From contig JAYSTZ010000906.1 of the NCBI GenBank assembly GCA_043719365.1, positions 1 through 35,732 of the forward strand: a stretch of 35,732 nt of DNA, written 5' to 3'. Each line of letters starts with the position of its first letter. Within the stretch, counting starts at the first letter, position 1. The notes under the pieces are model-generated. The model ran no database searches. It was not told the DNA's origin and saw only the letters and a list, made by a program, of their open reading frames with translations. Positions 26,660-34,868 of the stretch are shown piece after piece. The position numbers and the translations under genes are program-made. This DNA is from Verrucomicrobiaceae bacterium. GTDB lineage: Bacteria > Verrucomicrobiota > Verrucomicrobiia > Chthoniobacterales > Chthoniobacteraceae.

Positions 26660-28390
26660 TTAGAACTGGAAGTAAATGAACTGCTTGTAGGCCACGACTT
26701 TCATGTAGAGAGCCACAGCCCACCCGCCACCGAGCAACATCGAGAACAGCCACTCCGGGATGACGCGCCACCACTTCGCAAGGAGGCTGCGCGAGTTCAG
26801 CCAGTGAACGACGGTGAGAGCGCCGAGCACTATCCAAATGAAATTCCCGCATACATTTCTCTTTTGCTGATCCTTGAAAAGGACGAGCGACTCCCATACT
26901 TTCGCCGTGAGCGCGAAGCCGGTTTGGTGCAGCCGAATCGTGGCGTCCTTTCCGTCCGCGCCTTTGCCCGTCCATGTGTTTGATTTGGCGTCGTGTGCAA
27001 GCAATGGGGTGTGCTTTTTCTCCCCGGCTTTCGCAAATGGGTAGAGAAGCGTGTGCTCTTTCACATCCTGAAACCCTGCGCTGGTGCGGATCAGAAGCTT
27101 ACCATCCTTCTCGGTTGGTTTCGCACGGTCGGCGTAAATATCGTTCGCCCGGAAAGGCACCCAGGTGAGCAGCACCCAGAAAAATGTAAGCGGCACGGCG
27201 ACGAACTTCATCACCTTCCCCATGCCTGCCGCCGCTGCGGTGACGCGCGCCCATTCCCGATGAACGATAAGCGCTGCGCCATGCATCGCGCCCCATACCA
27301 CGAAGGTCCATGATGCGCCGTGCCACAACCCGCCGAGCACCATCGTGAGCATGAGGTTGCGGTAAGTGAAGAGCTTCGAACCGCGGTTTCCGCCGAGCGA
27401 GATGTAGAGATAATCACGCAACCACGAGCTGAGACTCATGTGCCAGCGTCGCCAGAACTCCGTGATGCTGTTACTGAAATACGGGAACGAAAAATTGACG
27501 CATAGCTCGTAGCCGAGCAACCGCGAGACCGCGATGGCCATGTCGCTGTAGCCGCTGAAGTCACAGTAAATCTGCCCCGCGTAGCAGAGCGAGGCGGCCC
27601 ATGCGCTGTAGGCGCTAAAGCGCTCCGGCGCGGCAAAATACTCGTCGGACACCTGCGAGAGAGTGTCGCCGATGCACGCTTTTTTGACAAAGCCGATCAG
27701 GAACAGCACGAGACATCCGCGCACGTCGATGCTCGACCATTCGACTTTCTTGAGCGTCTGCGGGAGGAATGTCATCGCTCGCACAATCGGCCCGGCGACG
27801 ACCTGAGGGAAGAAGGCGATGAAGAAGGCGAGGTTCAAAAAACTGCGCTCGGCGGGCAGCTTTCTGCGATAAACTTCGAGGGAGTAACTGAGGCTCTGAA
27901 ATGTGTAAAAACTGATGCCGTATGGCAGGAAAACCTTTAGCGGCTCCCAACTCGGAGTGAGGCCCATCCAGGCCACGACGGCGCGAACGTTTTGGTCGAA
28001 GAAGCCGTAGTATTTGAAAAAACCGAGCACGCCTAGATTCACCAGCAGACTCATGCCGACCCACTGCTTTCGCCTTCGATCCGTCTTCGCGTCCTCAATG
28101 CCAAGACCGACATAGTAGTCCATGATCGTGCTAAACCACAGGAGCGACGGGAACCACCAGCCTGCGGGCAATGCAGACCATTTCCCCGCGAACAAGTTCG
28201 GGAAAAACTCGGACGGGGCACCGATGAAAAAGCAGCCATAGAAGACGTGACTGCACACGAGCAGCCAGACTTTGCGCGAAGTGTTGGAGCGCAACATCCA
28301 GTTCACTCCAAAGATGATTGCGAAGATCCACAGGAAGCGGAATTCGACGAAGAGGATGGGTTTTGCGGGTTCTATGTCTGCGAGTATCAT
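26660..28390 (-). CDS. membrane-bound O-acyltransferase (MBOAT), AlgI/DltB/PatA type
   Basis: 576-aa polytopic protein with FWRRWHMSLSSWLRDYLYISLGGNRG, GGLWHGASWTFVVWG (invariant His at codon 357, nt 27320-27322) and the C-terminal FIYFQF typical of AlgI-like proteins. A hydrophilic insertion of about 90 aa (aa 419-512) precedes the last TM helices. Confidence 0.93.
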   Translation of the reverse strand: MILADIEPAKPILFVEFRFLWIFAIIFGVNWMLRSNTSRKVWLLVCSHVFYGCFFIGAPSEFFPNLFAGKWSALPAGWWFPSLLWFSTIMDYYVGLGIEDAKTDRRRKQWVGMSLLVNLGVLGFFKYYGFFDQNVRAVVAWMGLTPSWEPLKVFLPYGISFYTFQSLSYSLEVYRRKLPAERSFLNLAFFIAFFPQVVAGPIVRAMTFLPQTLKKVEWSSIDVRGCLVLFLIGFVKKACIGDTLSQVSDEYFAAPERFSAYSAWAASLCYAGQIYCDFSGYSDMAIAVSRLLGYELCVNFSFPYFSNSITEFWRRWHMSLSSWLRDYLYISLGGNRGSKLFTYRNLMLTMVLGGLWHGASWTFVVWGAMHGAALIVHREWARVTAAAAGMGKVMKFVAVPLTFFWVLLTWVPFRANDIYADRAKPTEKDGKLLIRTSAGFQDVKEHTLLYPFAKAGEKKHTPLLAHDAKSNTWTGKGADGKDATIRLHQTGFALTAKVWESLVLFKDQQKRNVCGNFIWIVLGALTVVHWLNSRSLLAKWWRVIPEWLFSMLLGGGWAVALYMKVVAYKQFIYFQF

Positions 28391-29412
28391 GGCTGCGGTT
28401 TAAGCGCCTCGGCAATCTGCCGGGCGATCAGGCGTGTGTAAATTTCAGACCCGCGGACATTGAGATGGCCGGGGTCGCGGCGGTTTTCGGGGGCGAAAAG
28501 TTCGGGGTACTTGGCGGGATCGGAATAGTTCAGGAAGGAAATGTTGTCCCTCGGCGCGAAAACAGTGCCTCTCGCGTAGGGCGAACCCAGGAGCATAAGC
28601 CGGGCACCCAGTCGCTCGGCGAGCGCTTTCTTCCATGACAGCGCGACCTGACTCTCCACATCTTCAAAGTCCAAGACGGGCGGCGATTTCAGCACCACCG
28701 ACAGATCTTTTTCGTAGTTACGCAATGCGGACCCGCTCATCAATTCGGCGGTCTTGGGGGCATTGTAACCGTCTTTCCCGATTTTCCACGCGCCATCGTT
28801 CTTGGATGGACCGAAAAGAATTCCGACAATCCATTCATTTCCCTGCCCAAGGCGTCCGGCGTTCCAAGCCCAGTGCTGGATGTGCTCGGGGAAGTCGCGA
28901 AGTCGCTTCCACACGCGCGACAGGTAGCGGCCTGTTGTCCTTTCCGGAGCACATAATCGCGTCCAACAATTCCTCCAAAGGCGCATCATACGGCTCGCGT
29001 CGTGCCAATAGACGGCGCGTGCGGTGCCTTCGTCATCATCAGCGATACCGGATTCCAACGGATTGCATTCAACCAGGATGAGCCGGACGGGCGATGTCCT
29101 TTCAGCGAATGCGCGCTCCATCACAAATTCGTCCTCGGGCGGACGCATCCCGTCGCCGGAGAGATTGAACGAGTTTGTCTTTACGCCATGCGCAGCCATC
29201 TCGGCGTCGAACAAATCGGGAATGATCTGTCGATGCACACGGCTGGAGCCGATGAAGAACGTGTCGTATTCCTCGCCGTGCGTTTCGAGCCAGTCTAGCT
29301 TCGCGCTGATCTGTTGCGGACGCACGGATGGAACTACATGACTGAGCGCAGCCGCGATTACCACGAAGCCCGCGACGAAAGCACATGCGTTGAGCGAAGC
29401 GGTAAATCTCAT
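28387..29412 (-). CDS. membrane-anchored SGNH/DltD-like protein, paralogue 1 (putative MBOAT partner)
   Basis: 341 aa with an N-terminal TM helix. Shared blocks are FFIGSSRV, FNLSGDGMRPPED, LILVECN, VYWHD and YPELFAPENRRDPGHLNVRGSEIYTRL (DxxH). ATGA overlaps occur with the MBOAT start (28387-28390) and the paralogue 2 stop (29409-29412). Confidence 0.6.
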   Translation of the reverse strand: MRFTASLNACAFVAGFVVIAAALSHVVPSVRPQQISAKLDWLETHGEEYDTFFIGSSRVHRQIIPDLFDAEMAAHGVKTNSFNLSGDGMRPPEDEFVMERAFAERTSPVRLILVECNPLESGIADDDEGTARAVYWHDASRMMRLWRNCWTRLCAPERTTGRYLSRVWKRLRDFPEHIQHWAWNAGRLGQGNEWIVGILFGPSKNDGAWKIGKDGYNAPKTAELMSGSALRNYEKDLSVVLKSPPVLDFEDVESQVALSWKKALAERLGARLMLLGSPYARGTVFAPRDNISFLNYSDPAKYPELFAPENRRDPGHLNVRGSEIYTRLIARQIAEALKPQP

Positions 29413-30416
29413 AGCTGCGGCAAAAGCCGGTCCACAATCAGCTTTGTGTAAATCTCGGAACCAATGCGGTTCGTGTGACCTTCGTCGAGGCGGTGTTCAG
29501 GTGTGTAAAGTTCGGGGTACTCCAGCGGGTTCGAGAAATCGAGCACCGTAGCCTGCTCGGCTGGATCGTCGGGAAGAAAACGCTTCGACATCGGATAAGG
29601 AGGCAGCACGAGGATCATCTTTGCGCCGGCGCGCTCGATGATGCTGCGCTTTTCCGCGAGCTCCGCCTGACTGATCGAGTCGGAGCGCTCAAATCGTGGT
29701 CGCGTCTTGCGCATGGACTCCACGTCTTCCTCATATTCGGCGAGCTCTTTTCCGGCCAGTCCCGCCCGGACTGGAGAATCACGAAATCCATCCGGATCGC
29801 CAGAGCGACGGGCTTCCTTCGTGTTGAAGAGCCGCGCCGACAGCAGGTCGTTACCACGACCGAACTGCGTCACGTTTTCGAACCAGTATTCCGCATGAGT
29901 CGTGAACTCGGTGAATACCTCCCAGCGTCGAATCATTCGGTCCTTAAAATCGCGCTTCTTCTTCTCGTGGTTCAGCGCCAGCCGGGTCAGCGTGATCATG
30001 CGCTTCCAATCGTGCCAGTAAACAGCACGCACGGTCCCCGCATCTTCGTTGCGCAGCTCGAAGCGGATGTTGTTGCACTCGACGAGCACGAGCTTCAGCG
30101 GCTTGCGACGGAGGGCTAGCGCTTTCTCCAGCACGTAGGTGTCTTCCGGCGGGCGCATCCCGTCGATGCCGAGATTGAAAATGCGCGTCGGCTTGCCCGC
30201 GGCAACGGTTGCCTGGTCGAAAACCTTCGGGATGATCTGCCGATACGTCCGACTAGAGCCAATTGCCAGCACGTCGAAATCGTCGCCGGTGGCAGCATAG
30301 GTCTTCAGTTTCTCCGTGACCGTCGGCACGTAGCGCTCGGGCGTGAACACAGACAGGCCTGCAGCAGCTCCGATAAAGCCCGCCAGCAGCGCAAAGATGT
30401 TCAGCAAAAGCTTCAT
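29409..30416 (-). CDS. membrane-anchored SGNH/DltD-like protein, paralogue 2
   Basis: 335 aa with an N-terminal TM helix. Blocks are LAIGSSRT, FNLGIDGMRPPED, LVLVECN, VYWHDW and YPELYTPEHRLDEGHTNRIGSEIYTKL. It is clearly homologous to paralogue 1 along its full length. Confidence 0.6.
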   Translation of the reverse strand: MKLLLNIFALLAGFIGAAAGLSVFTPERYVPTVTEKLKTYAATGDDFDVLAIGSSRTYRQIIPKVFDQATVAAGKPTRIFNLGIDGMRPPEDTYVLEKALALRRKPLKLVLVECNNIRFELRNEDAGTVRAVYWHDWKRMITLTRLALNHEKKKRDFKDRMIRRWEVFTEFTTHAEYWFENVTQFGRGNDLLSARLFNTKEARRSGDPDGFRDSPVRAGLAGKELAEYEEDVESMRKTRPRFERSDSISQAELAEKRSIIERAGAKMILVLPPYPMSKRFLPDDPAEQATVLDFSNPLEYPELYTPEHRLDEGHTNRIGSEIYTKLIVDRLLPQL

Positions 30417-31486
30417 TTGCGTTTCAGCCAGTCGGCAAACTCCGCGGCAAAAATCCGTGTGAATTCCTTCGCCCCTTCCGAGTCGAGATGCTCGGCATCG
30501 TAGCGCTGCCCGGGCAAATACAGCGTGGGATAAGTCTCGGGGTGATCGTAAGAAAACTGCGCCACGCCGGCGGGCGGCCAGTCCTTGAAGCGCTGCTCGC
30601 TATTAGCGACAGGAGCCACGACAAAAACCGGCACGGCTCCTTGCGCACGGACCAATGCGATGATCTGTTCCAGTTCCGCGCGAAAGGGCGCGGGCAACTC
30701 GGCTTGCTTCGACGTTTTTTGTAGGCCTGCCAACCCGGTTTGGAACTTGTCTCTTTGGACGCCCTCCAACGGTCGCACATCCAAAGGCTCATATCCGCCA
30801 CCCGAAATCACAGGCGACTTTCTCGGCTGCACGAGCTTCAGTTGAAGTTGCAATGGCTCCTGCCCGCCGCCCACTCCAACGGTTCGCCGCGCCAGCAACC
30901 CAACGTGATAAGCACTCTCGCCGAAACGCCCGGAAAATGAGCCCGGAATCGACCAGATGGTTTGAAGAGTGCGGAAAGTGTAGTACCAGTCGTGCCACCC
31001 GATCGCGCGCTCGGAATACTCGTTCTTCGCAAGAACAGGCGTAAACTCCATCATGTCGATCAGCACCCATCGTGGCCGCACGGGCGTTTCCGTGAGCAAC
31101 TTGCGCAACACGTAAAGACTCTCGGGCGGGAACATGCCATCCTGACCAAAGTTGAACGATTTCAAATCGTGTTCCTGCTGCTTCAGTGCAGCGTCGAACT
31201 GCGCAGGAATGAAGTGATGAACCACCCTGCTCGACCCCACGTAGAGCAGCGAATACTGCGCGCCATGTTCGGAAAGATGCTGCCATTTTCGCCCGAGCGA
31301 ACTGCTTTCCGGCACCGTGATACTTCGCGACTGGATCGCGCCGACAGAAAACAACGCGACGAAAAACAGCGCGATATTCCGAGCGCCCGCGACAATTCTT
31401 TGAGCGCGGGACGGCTGGTTTTTTTCAGCAGTCACGCGTTGCAAAATTGGATTGGGCCTTCGGGCGAATTCACGGCGCGGGAGCAT
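30413..31486 (-). CDS. membrane-anchored SGNH/DltD-like protein, paralogue 3 (most divergent)
   Basis: 357 aa with a basic N-terminal tail of about 35 aa before the TM helix. Blocks are LYVGSSRV, FNFGQDGMFPPES, IGWHDW and YPTLYLPGQRYDAEHLDSEGAKEF. It has LIDMMEF where paralogues 1 and 2 have LVECN. An ATGA overlap with the paralogue 2 start lies at 30413-30416. Confidence 0.6.
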   Translation of the reverse strand: MLPRREFARRPNPILQRVTAEKNQPSRAQRIVAGARNIALFFVALFSVGAIQSRSITVPESSSLGRKWQHLSEHGAQYSLLYVGSSRVVHHFIPAQFDAALKQQEHDLKSFNFGQDGMFPPESLYVLRKLLTETPVRPRWVLIDMMEFTPVLAKNEYSERAIGWHDWYYTFRTLQTIWSIPGSFSGRFGESAYHVGLLARRTVGVGGGQEPLQLQLKLVQPRKSPVISGGGYEPLDVRPLEGVQRDKFQTGLAGLQKTSKQAELPAPFRAELEQIIALVRAQGAVPVFVVAPVANSEQRFKDWPPAGVAQFSYDHPETYPTLYLPGQRYDAEHLDSEGAKEFTRIFAAEFADWLKRK

Positions 31487-31510
31487 AGGAATCCTGCTCC
31501 GCGCGGCAAG

Positions 31511-33100
31511 CTACTGTTTTGCAGACTCCTCCGCAAAAATAGTGATTTGTCCGCTGCCGGAGCGCCGGACGGACTTGATCACGAAGCCATCACCGCCACC
31601 GCGCGAGAATACTTCGTCTTTGGAAGGAGGCACAACGCCCTTCGGGAAATCGACCACGATCATCGCCCCGGTTGAGCCTGGCACTGTCGGATCGGCATCA
31701 CGATCTCGCAGAGCTTCACGAGCGCGAAGCGCCACGCGCTGCCCGAGAACGCCCGTCACGACAAAGTCGCCGCCGAGCAGGGCTTCGGCAGAAGGATCAA
31801 ATCGATCGACCAGGGCGCTGGCATCCTTCGTAGAAAGGAGCTGGCCCTTCTGCGGCGCAGGCGGAAGTTCTGCGGGGCCCGCGAGAGGTTTCGCGACCGG
31901 AGTCGCAGGCTTCGAAATTACCACGGGCTTGGGCGGACCGGGCTCCACCGCGGCTGGCGGCGGCTCGGGTTCCTTCGGAGCTGCACGGACAATGGGCCGC
32001 GGCGGAATCGGTAACCGCTCGGGAGGAGTCGTCGGACCCGCAAATGAAATCAGTGCCGGCTTGGGAGTGGGCGTCGCAATTTTTGTTTTCGCCACGGGAG
32101 CCTCCGGCGCAACGGGAACCGGCGGAGCCTGCCGCAGTACAACAGGGGTCGCGATATCCACCTTCTCTCCATCCGGAGAATTTGCGCGGAAAGCGACAAC
32201 CTGATTCGCGGCAGGGCGCTCGCCATCGTTGCCAGCGAGCAGTTTCCGGCGGTATTCCTGATACGCAGCAAGACTTCGCTGGAGGCGCAGCCCGTTTACG
32301 ATCGGCATGCTTCCATCGATATTGATCGCATTTTTCGGGTCCCCGCCTTTTTCCGGGTCTTCAAGATCCTGGGGTGATTTCAGCGTGAAACTTCCGAGGC
32401 CTTCCTTGAGCTGAAAGCTCCCGTAAGAGAGCGGCATGACCGTGAAAAGCATCCGCGAGTCCGAAAGCCGTTCCGCATGGATGACTGCGGCCAGATCCTT
32501 CGAGCGTTCGAGCGTGATCTCGCGTCCGGTCGGGAGCAATCGCTTCACTGTCTTCGTGCTCGCAGCCGCCGCCGGGAATACCAACTCCACCAGCACCTGA
32601 GGAAAATCCTTCGCCTGCGCTACCGCCACCACTCCACTCCGGAAAAAGTCGCCGGCTCCGAGTTCATGCGACTCGATCACTTCAAATACACCCGCAATAT
32701 ACGGCACCGCTTTTTTGGTTTCCTGATAGTTTTTGAGGTACATCCGCATCATCTCCTCGTTGCGAGCCGCGATCTCGGGCTTCCTCATTTTCCCAAAACC
32801 CACCAAGTCCTCAGTCTTCATTTTCGGAACTCCCTCAAGCAGTTGCTTCGCGGAAAAAAACCTCCCGTGCGGGCCTTTCGTCACTGCGAATTCCTTCGGT
32901 GGATCGAGCTTTTTCAGCTTCTTCAAAATCCGGTAACACGCGGGCTTTTCCGGATGCCCGACGATGTAGAAGCTTCCAATCCAGCTCGTCAGTGCGGCAC
33001 CCGTAAGAAGGAGCAACACGACCGACCAAACGAACGCACTGCCGCCGCGCGGCTTGCTCACTGCCGCTTCCGGCTCAAATCCAAGTAATCCGCGGGCCAT
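31511..33100 (-). CDS. hypothetical single-pass membrane protein with a long proline-rich linker
   Basis: 529 aa. It has a TM helix (FVWSVVLLLLTGAALTSWIGSFYIV), a domain of about 270 aa with no motif I recognise, a Pro/Ala/Lys-rich linker (aa 324-417, nt 31850-32131) and a C-terminal domain of about 110 aa. It lies 24 nt upstream of paralogue 3 and 3 nt downstream of the Fe-S carrier gene. Confidence 0.7.
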   Translation of the reverse strand: MARGLLGFEPEAAVSKPRGGSAFVWSVVLLLLTGAALTSWIGSFYIVGHPEKPACYRILKKLKKLDPPKEFAVTKGPHGRFFSAKQLLEGVPKMKTEDLVGFGKMRKPEIAARNEEMMRMYLKNYQETKKAVPYIAGVFEVIESHELGAGDFFRSGVVAVAQAKDFPQVLVELVFPAAAASTKTVKRLLPTGREITLERSKDLAAVIHAERLSDSRMLFTVMPLSYGSFQLKEGLGSFTLKSPQDLEDPEKGGDPKNAINIDGSMPIVNGLRLQRSLAAYQEYRRKLLAGNDGERPAANQVVAFRANSPDGEKVDIATPVVLRQAPPVPVAPEAPVAKTKIATPTPKPALISFAGPTTPPERLPIPPRPIVRAAPKEPEPPPAAVEPGPPKPVVISKPATPVAKPLAGPAELPPAPQKGQLLSTKDASALVDRFDPSAEALLGGDFVVTGVLGQRVALRAREALRDRDADPTVPGSTGAMIVVDFPKGVVPPSKDEVFSRGGGDGFVIKSVRRSGSGQITIFAEESAKQ

Positions 33101-33103
33101 GGC

Positions 33104-33454
33104 TTAGTGGGCGACTCCCTCTCCTTCGGCTACAGCGGGCTCGAACGAGGTTCCACAACCGCACGAACGGGACGCGTTCGGGTTTTGAATGCGAAAACCG
33201 GTGCCGGCGAGGTCATCGCAATAATCAATCGTCGAGCCTTGCAGATACTCCAGACTCGCCGCATCGACGACCACTTTCACGCCGTCGCGCTCTGCGGCAA
33301 AATCGCCAAGCTGCTCGCCGTCGAGCGTCATCCCGTAACTCATGCCGGCGCAACCGCCGCGTTCGATGAAGATGCGTAGGCATTTCCCCGGCTCTCCCTT
33401 TTCCTCGATCATCGTCCGGAGATGGCGCGCAGCGTTTTCAGTGAGTGTGAGCAT
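33104..33454 (-). CDS. A-type iron-sulfur cluster carrier (HesB/IscA/ErpA family)
   Basis: Motifs are GGCAGMSYGM and the C-terminal SCGCGTSF three-Cys signature. The ORF-track start at 33460 is TTG; the first ATG is at 33454 (MLTLTENAARHL). Confidence 0.9.
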   Translation of the reverse strand: MLTLTENAARHLRTMIEEKGEPGKCLRIFIERGGCAGMSYGMTLDGEQLGDFAAERDGVKVVVDAASLEYLQGSTIDYCDDLAGTGFRIQNPNASRSCGCGTSFEPAVAEGEGVAH

Positions 33455-33498
33455 GTGCAAAACATACTCCCCCTGTTGCGAAAGCGGAAGCGGAAACC

Positions 33499-34836
33499 TC
33501 AGACCTCAAAGCGGTGCTTCACCAGAACCTCGTCGAGATGATTGCGCCCCGTGAAATCCACCGTGACTTTCCGCCCGTCGTCCACAACCTCCACCCAGCC
33601 AAAGCAGCCCTCACCCGGGCGCGCCGTATGAAAGCCCTCACTGTATGGCCCGCCTTTGTAGCTTCCTCCTTGATCGAGCGCGGAACCGTGAAGCACAGGA
33701 ATGCGCAGCGTGCCGGTTTCCGAGTAGTCGCTGTTGCGCCCGTCGTCTGCGGCGAGCATGTGCGCATCGCCGCAAAGAATGCACAGATTCCCAATCCCGT
33801 TCTCCGCCATGAACACCGCGAGTTCGCGCCGCTCCGTGGAATAATTCTGCCACGAATCGCCGGATTTGCCGCCCCCGATCCACGGCACGCTGCTCGCCCA
33901 AAAGACCAGCGCGTGGTCGCTCGCCGCCGCGAGTAACTCGCGCTTGAACCACTCTTTTTGCACCCCGCCCATCATTGTTTTGGACGGTCCCTCCGCAGAC
34001 TTTTCGGGTGACCGCATACTGCGCAAATCCGTTAAAATGAACCTCACCCGGCCAATGGAAAATGCCTGATAAATTGCACCGTCTCCCCGTGCGTCAGGCA
34101 GTGCGCCAATGGGCGCGTACTCACGATAGACCTGACACGCTACGGTCCGGCCCGGCGCTCGCGCGTCACTTCCATTCGGCCCGAAATCATGGTCATCCCA
34201 AGTGTATGCGAGCGGCACCGATCGATAGAGCGCAGACTGCGTGGACGACGAAAGCACCGTATCCCAAGCCGCGCGATAATAGCGCGGATCGGGCCGCGAT
34301 ATGTTCGCGTAATGAAAATCAACGAGATGCAAAAACACCGCCGGACGCCGCTGCAATATCGTCGTGAATACCGGATGCTGGGAGCCTGTGGCGGCGCAGG
34401 AAGCGAAGGAAAAATTGAACGACCACGGTTCCCCCGCACGGCCCATCGTGCGGATCTCTCCCGCCGGAAAGCTGGACGGGCGTTGCCCGATTTCCAGTGC
34501 GTAAACGTATTCCGTCAAGGGCTCCAGCCCACTGATGCGAAAGTCCGCAACGTTCGATGCCGCGGGAGACTTCCGGGCGCTGAAATATTGCATTTCACCG
34601 CCGCCAGCCTTTCGCACAGAGATGCGGCAATCAGCGTCGGCAGGCACCTTCGCTTTCACGACTGCGGCGACATCCGTGACTGAGCCAATCCAAGTCGTCG
34701 GCCGCCCCCAAGTGCGAACCGGCGGCCGCATCTCGAATCGCAGTTCGCTTTCCTCCGCGATTCCATAGAGAGCCGCGCCGCCAAGTCCGGCCGCTACCGT
34801 GCGGACAAACTCGCGGCGATGGACGGGCTTGAGCAT
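33499..34836 (-). CDS. Tat-exported PhoD-like phosphatase (alkaline phosphatase D family metallophosphatase)
   Basis: The start is taken at ATG 34836 (MLKPVHRREFVRTVAAGLGGAAL, a twin-arginine signal). PhoD-type blocks are FSFASCAATG, FLHLVDFHY, YTWDDHDFGPNG and ILCGDAHM. The 57 upstream ORF codons overlap the tkt 3' end and are rejected. Confidence 0.85.
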   Translation of the reverse strand: MLKPVHRREFVRTVAAGLGGAALYGIAEESELRFEMRPPVRTWGRPTTWIGSVTDVAAVVKAKVPADADCRISVRKAGGGEMQYFSARKSPAASNVADFRISGLEPLTEYVYALEIGQRPSSFPAGEIRTMGRAGEPWSFNFSFASCAATGSQHPVFTTILQRRPAVFLHLVDFHYANISRPDPRYYRAAWDTVLSSSTQSALYRSVPLAYTWDDHDFGPNGSDARAPGRTVACQVYREYAPIGALPDARGDGAIYQAFSIGRVRFILTDLRSMRSPEKSAEGPSKTMMGGVQKEWFKRELLAAASDHALVFWASSVPWIGGGKSGDSWQNYSTERRELAVFMAENGIGNLCILCGDAHMLAADDGRNSDYSETGTLRIPVLHGSALDQGGSYKGGPYSEGFHTARPGEGCFGWVEVVDDGRKVTVDFTGRNHLDEVLVKHRFEV

Positions 34837-34868
34837 CGGGAATATTTCCGCCGCTGGGGCGGAACCGA

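Noticed and set aside
28387-31486. The idea that the three SGNH-like genes are a recent tandem DNA duplication, or an assembly or repeat artefact.
   Set aside because: Similarity is visible only at the protein-motif level. The nucleotide sequences and central regions differ substantially and the lengths differ (341, 335 and 357 aa), so these are old, diverged paralogues.
31511-33100. Calling the 529-aa proline-rich membrane protein TonB or TolA.
   Set aside because: Only the TM-plus-proline-linker layout is similar. A domain of about 270 aa precedes the linker, I could not recognise a TonB C-terminal signature, and no exbBD or tolQR genes are nearby. It is left as hypothetical.
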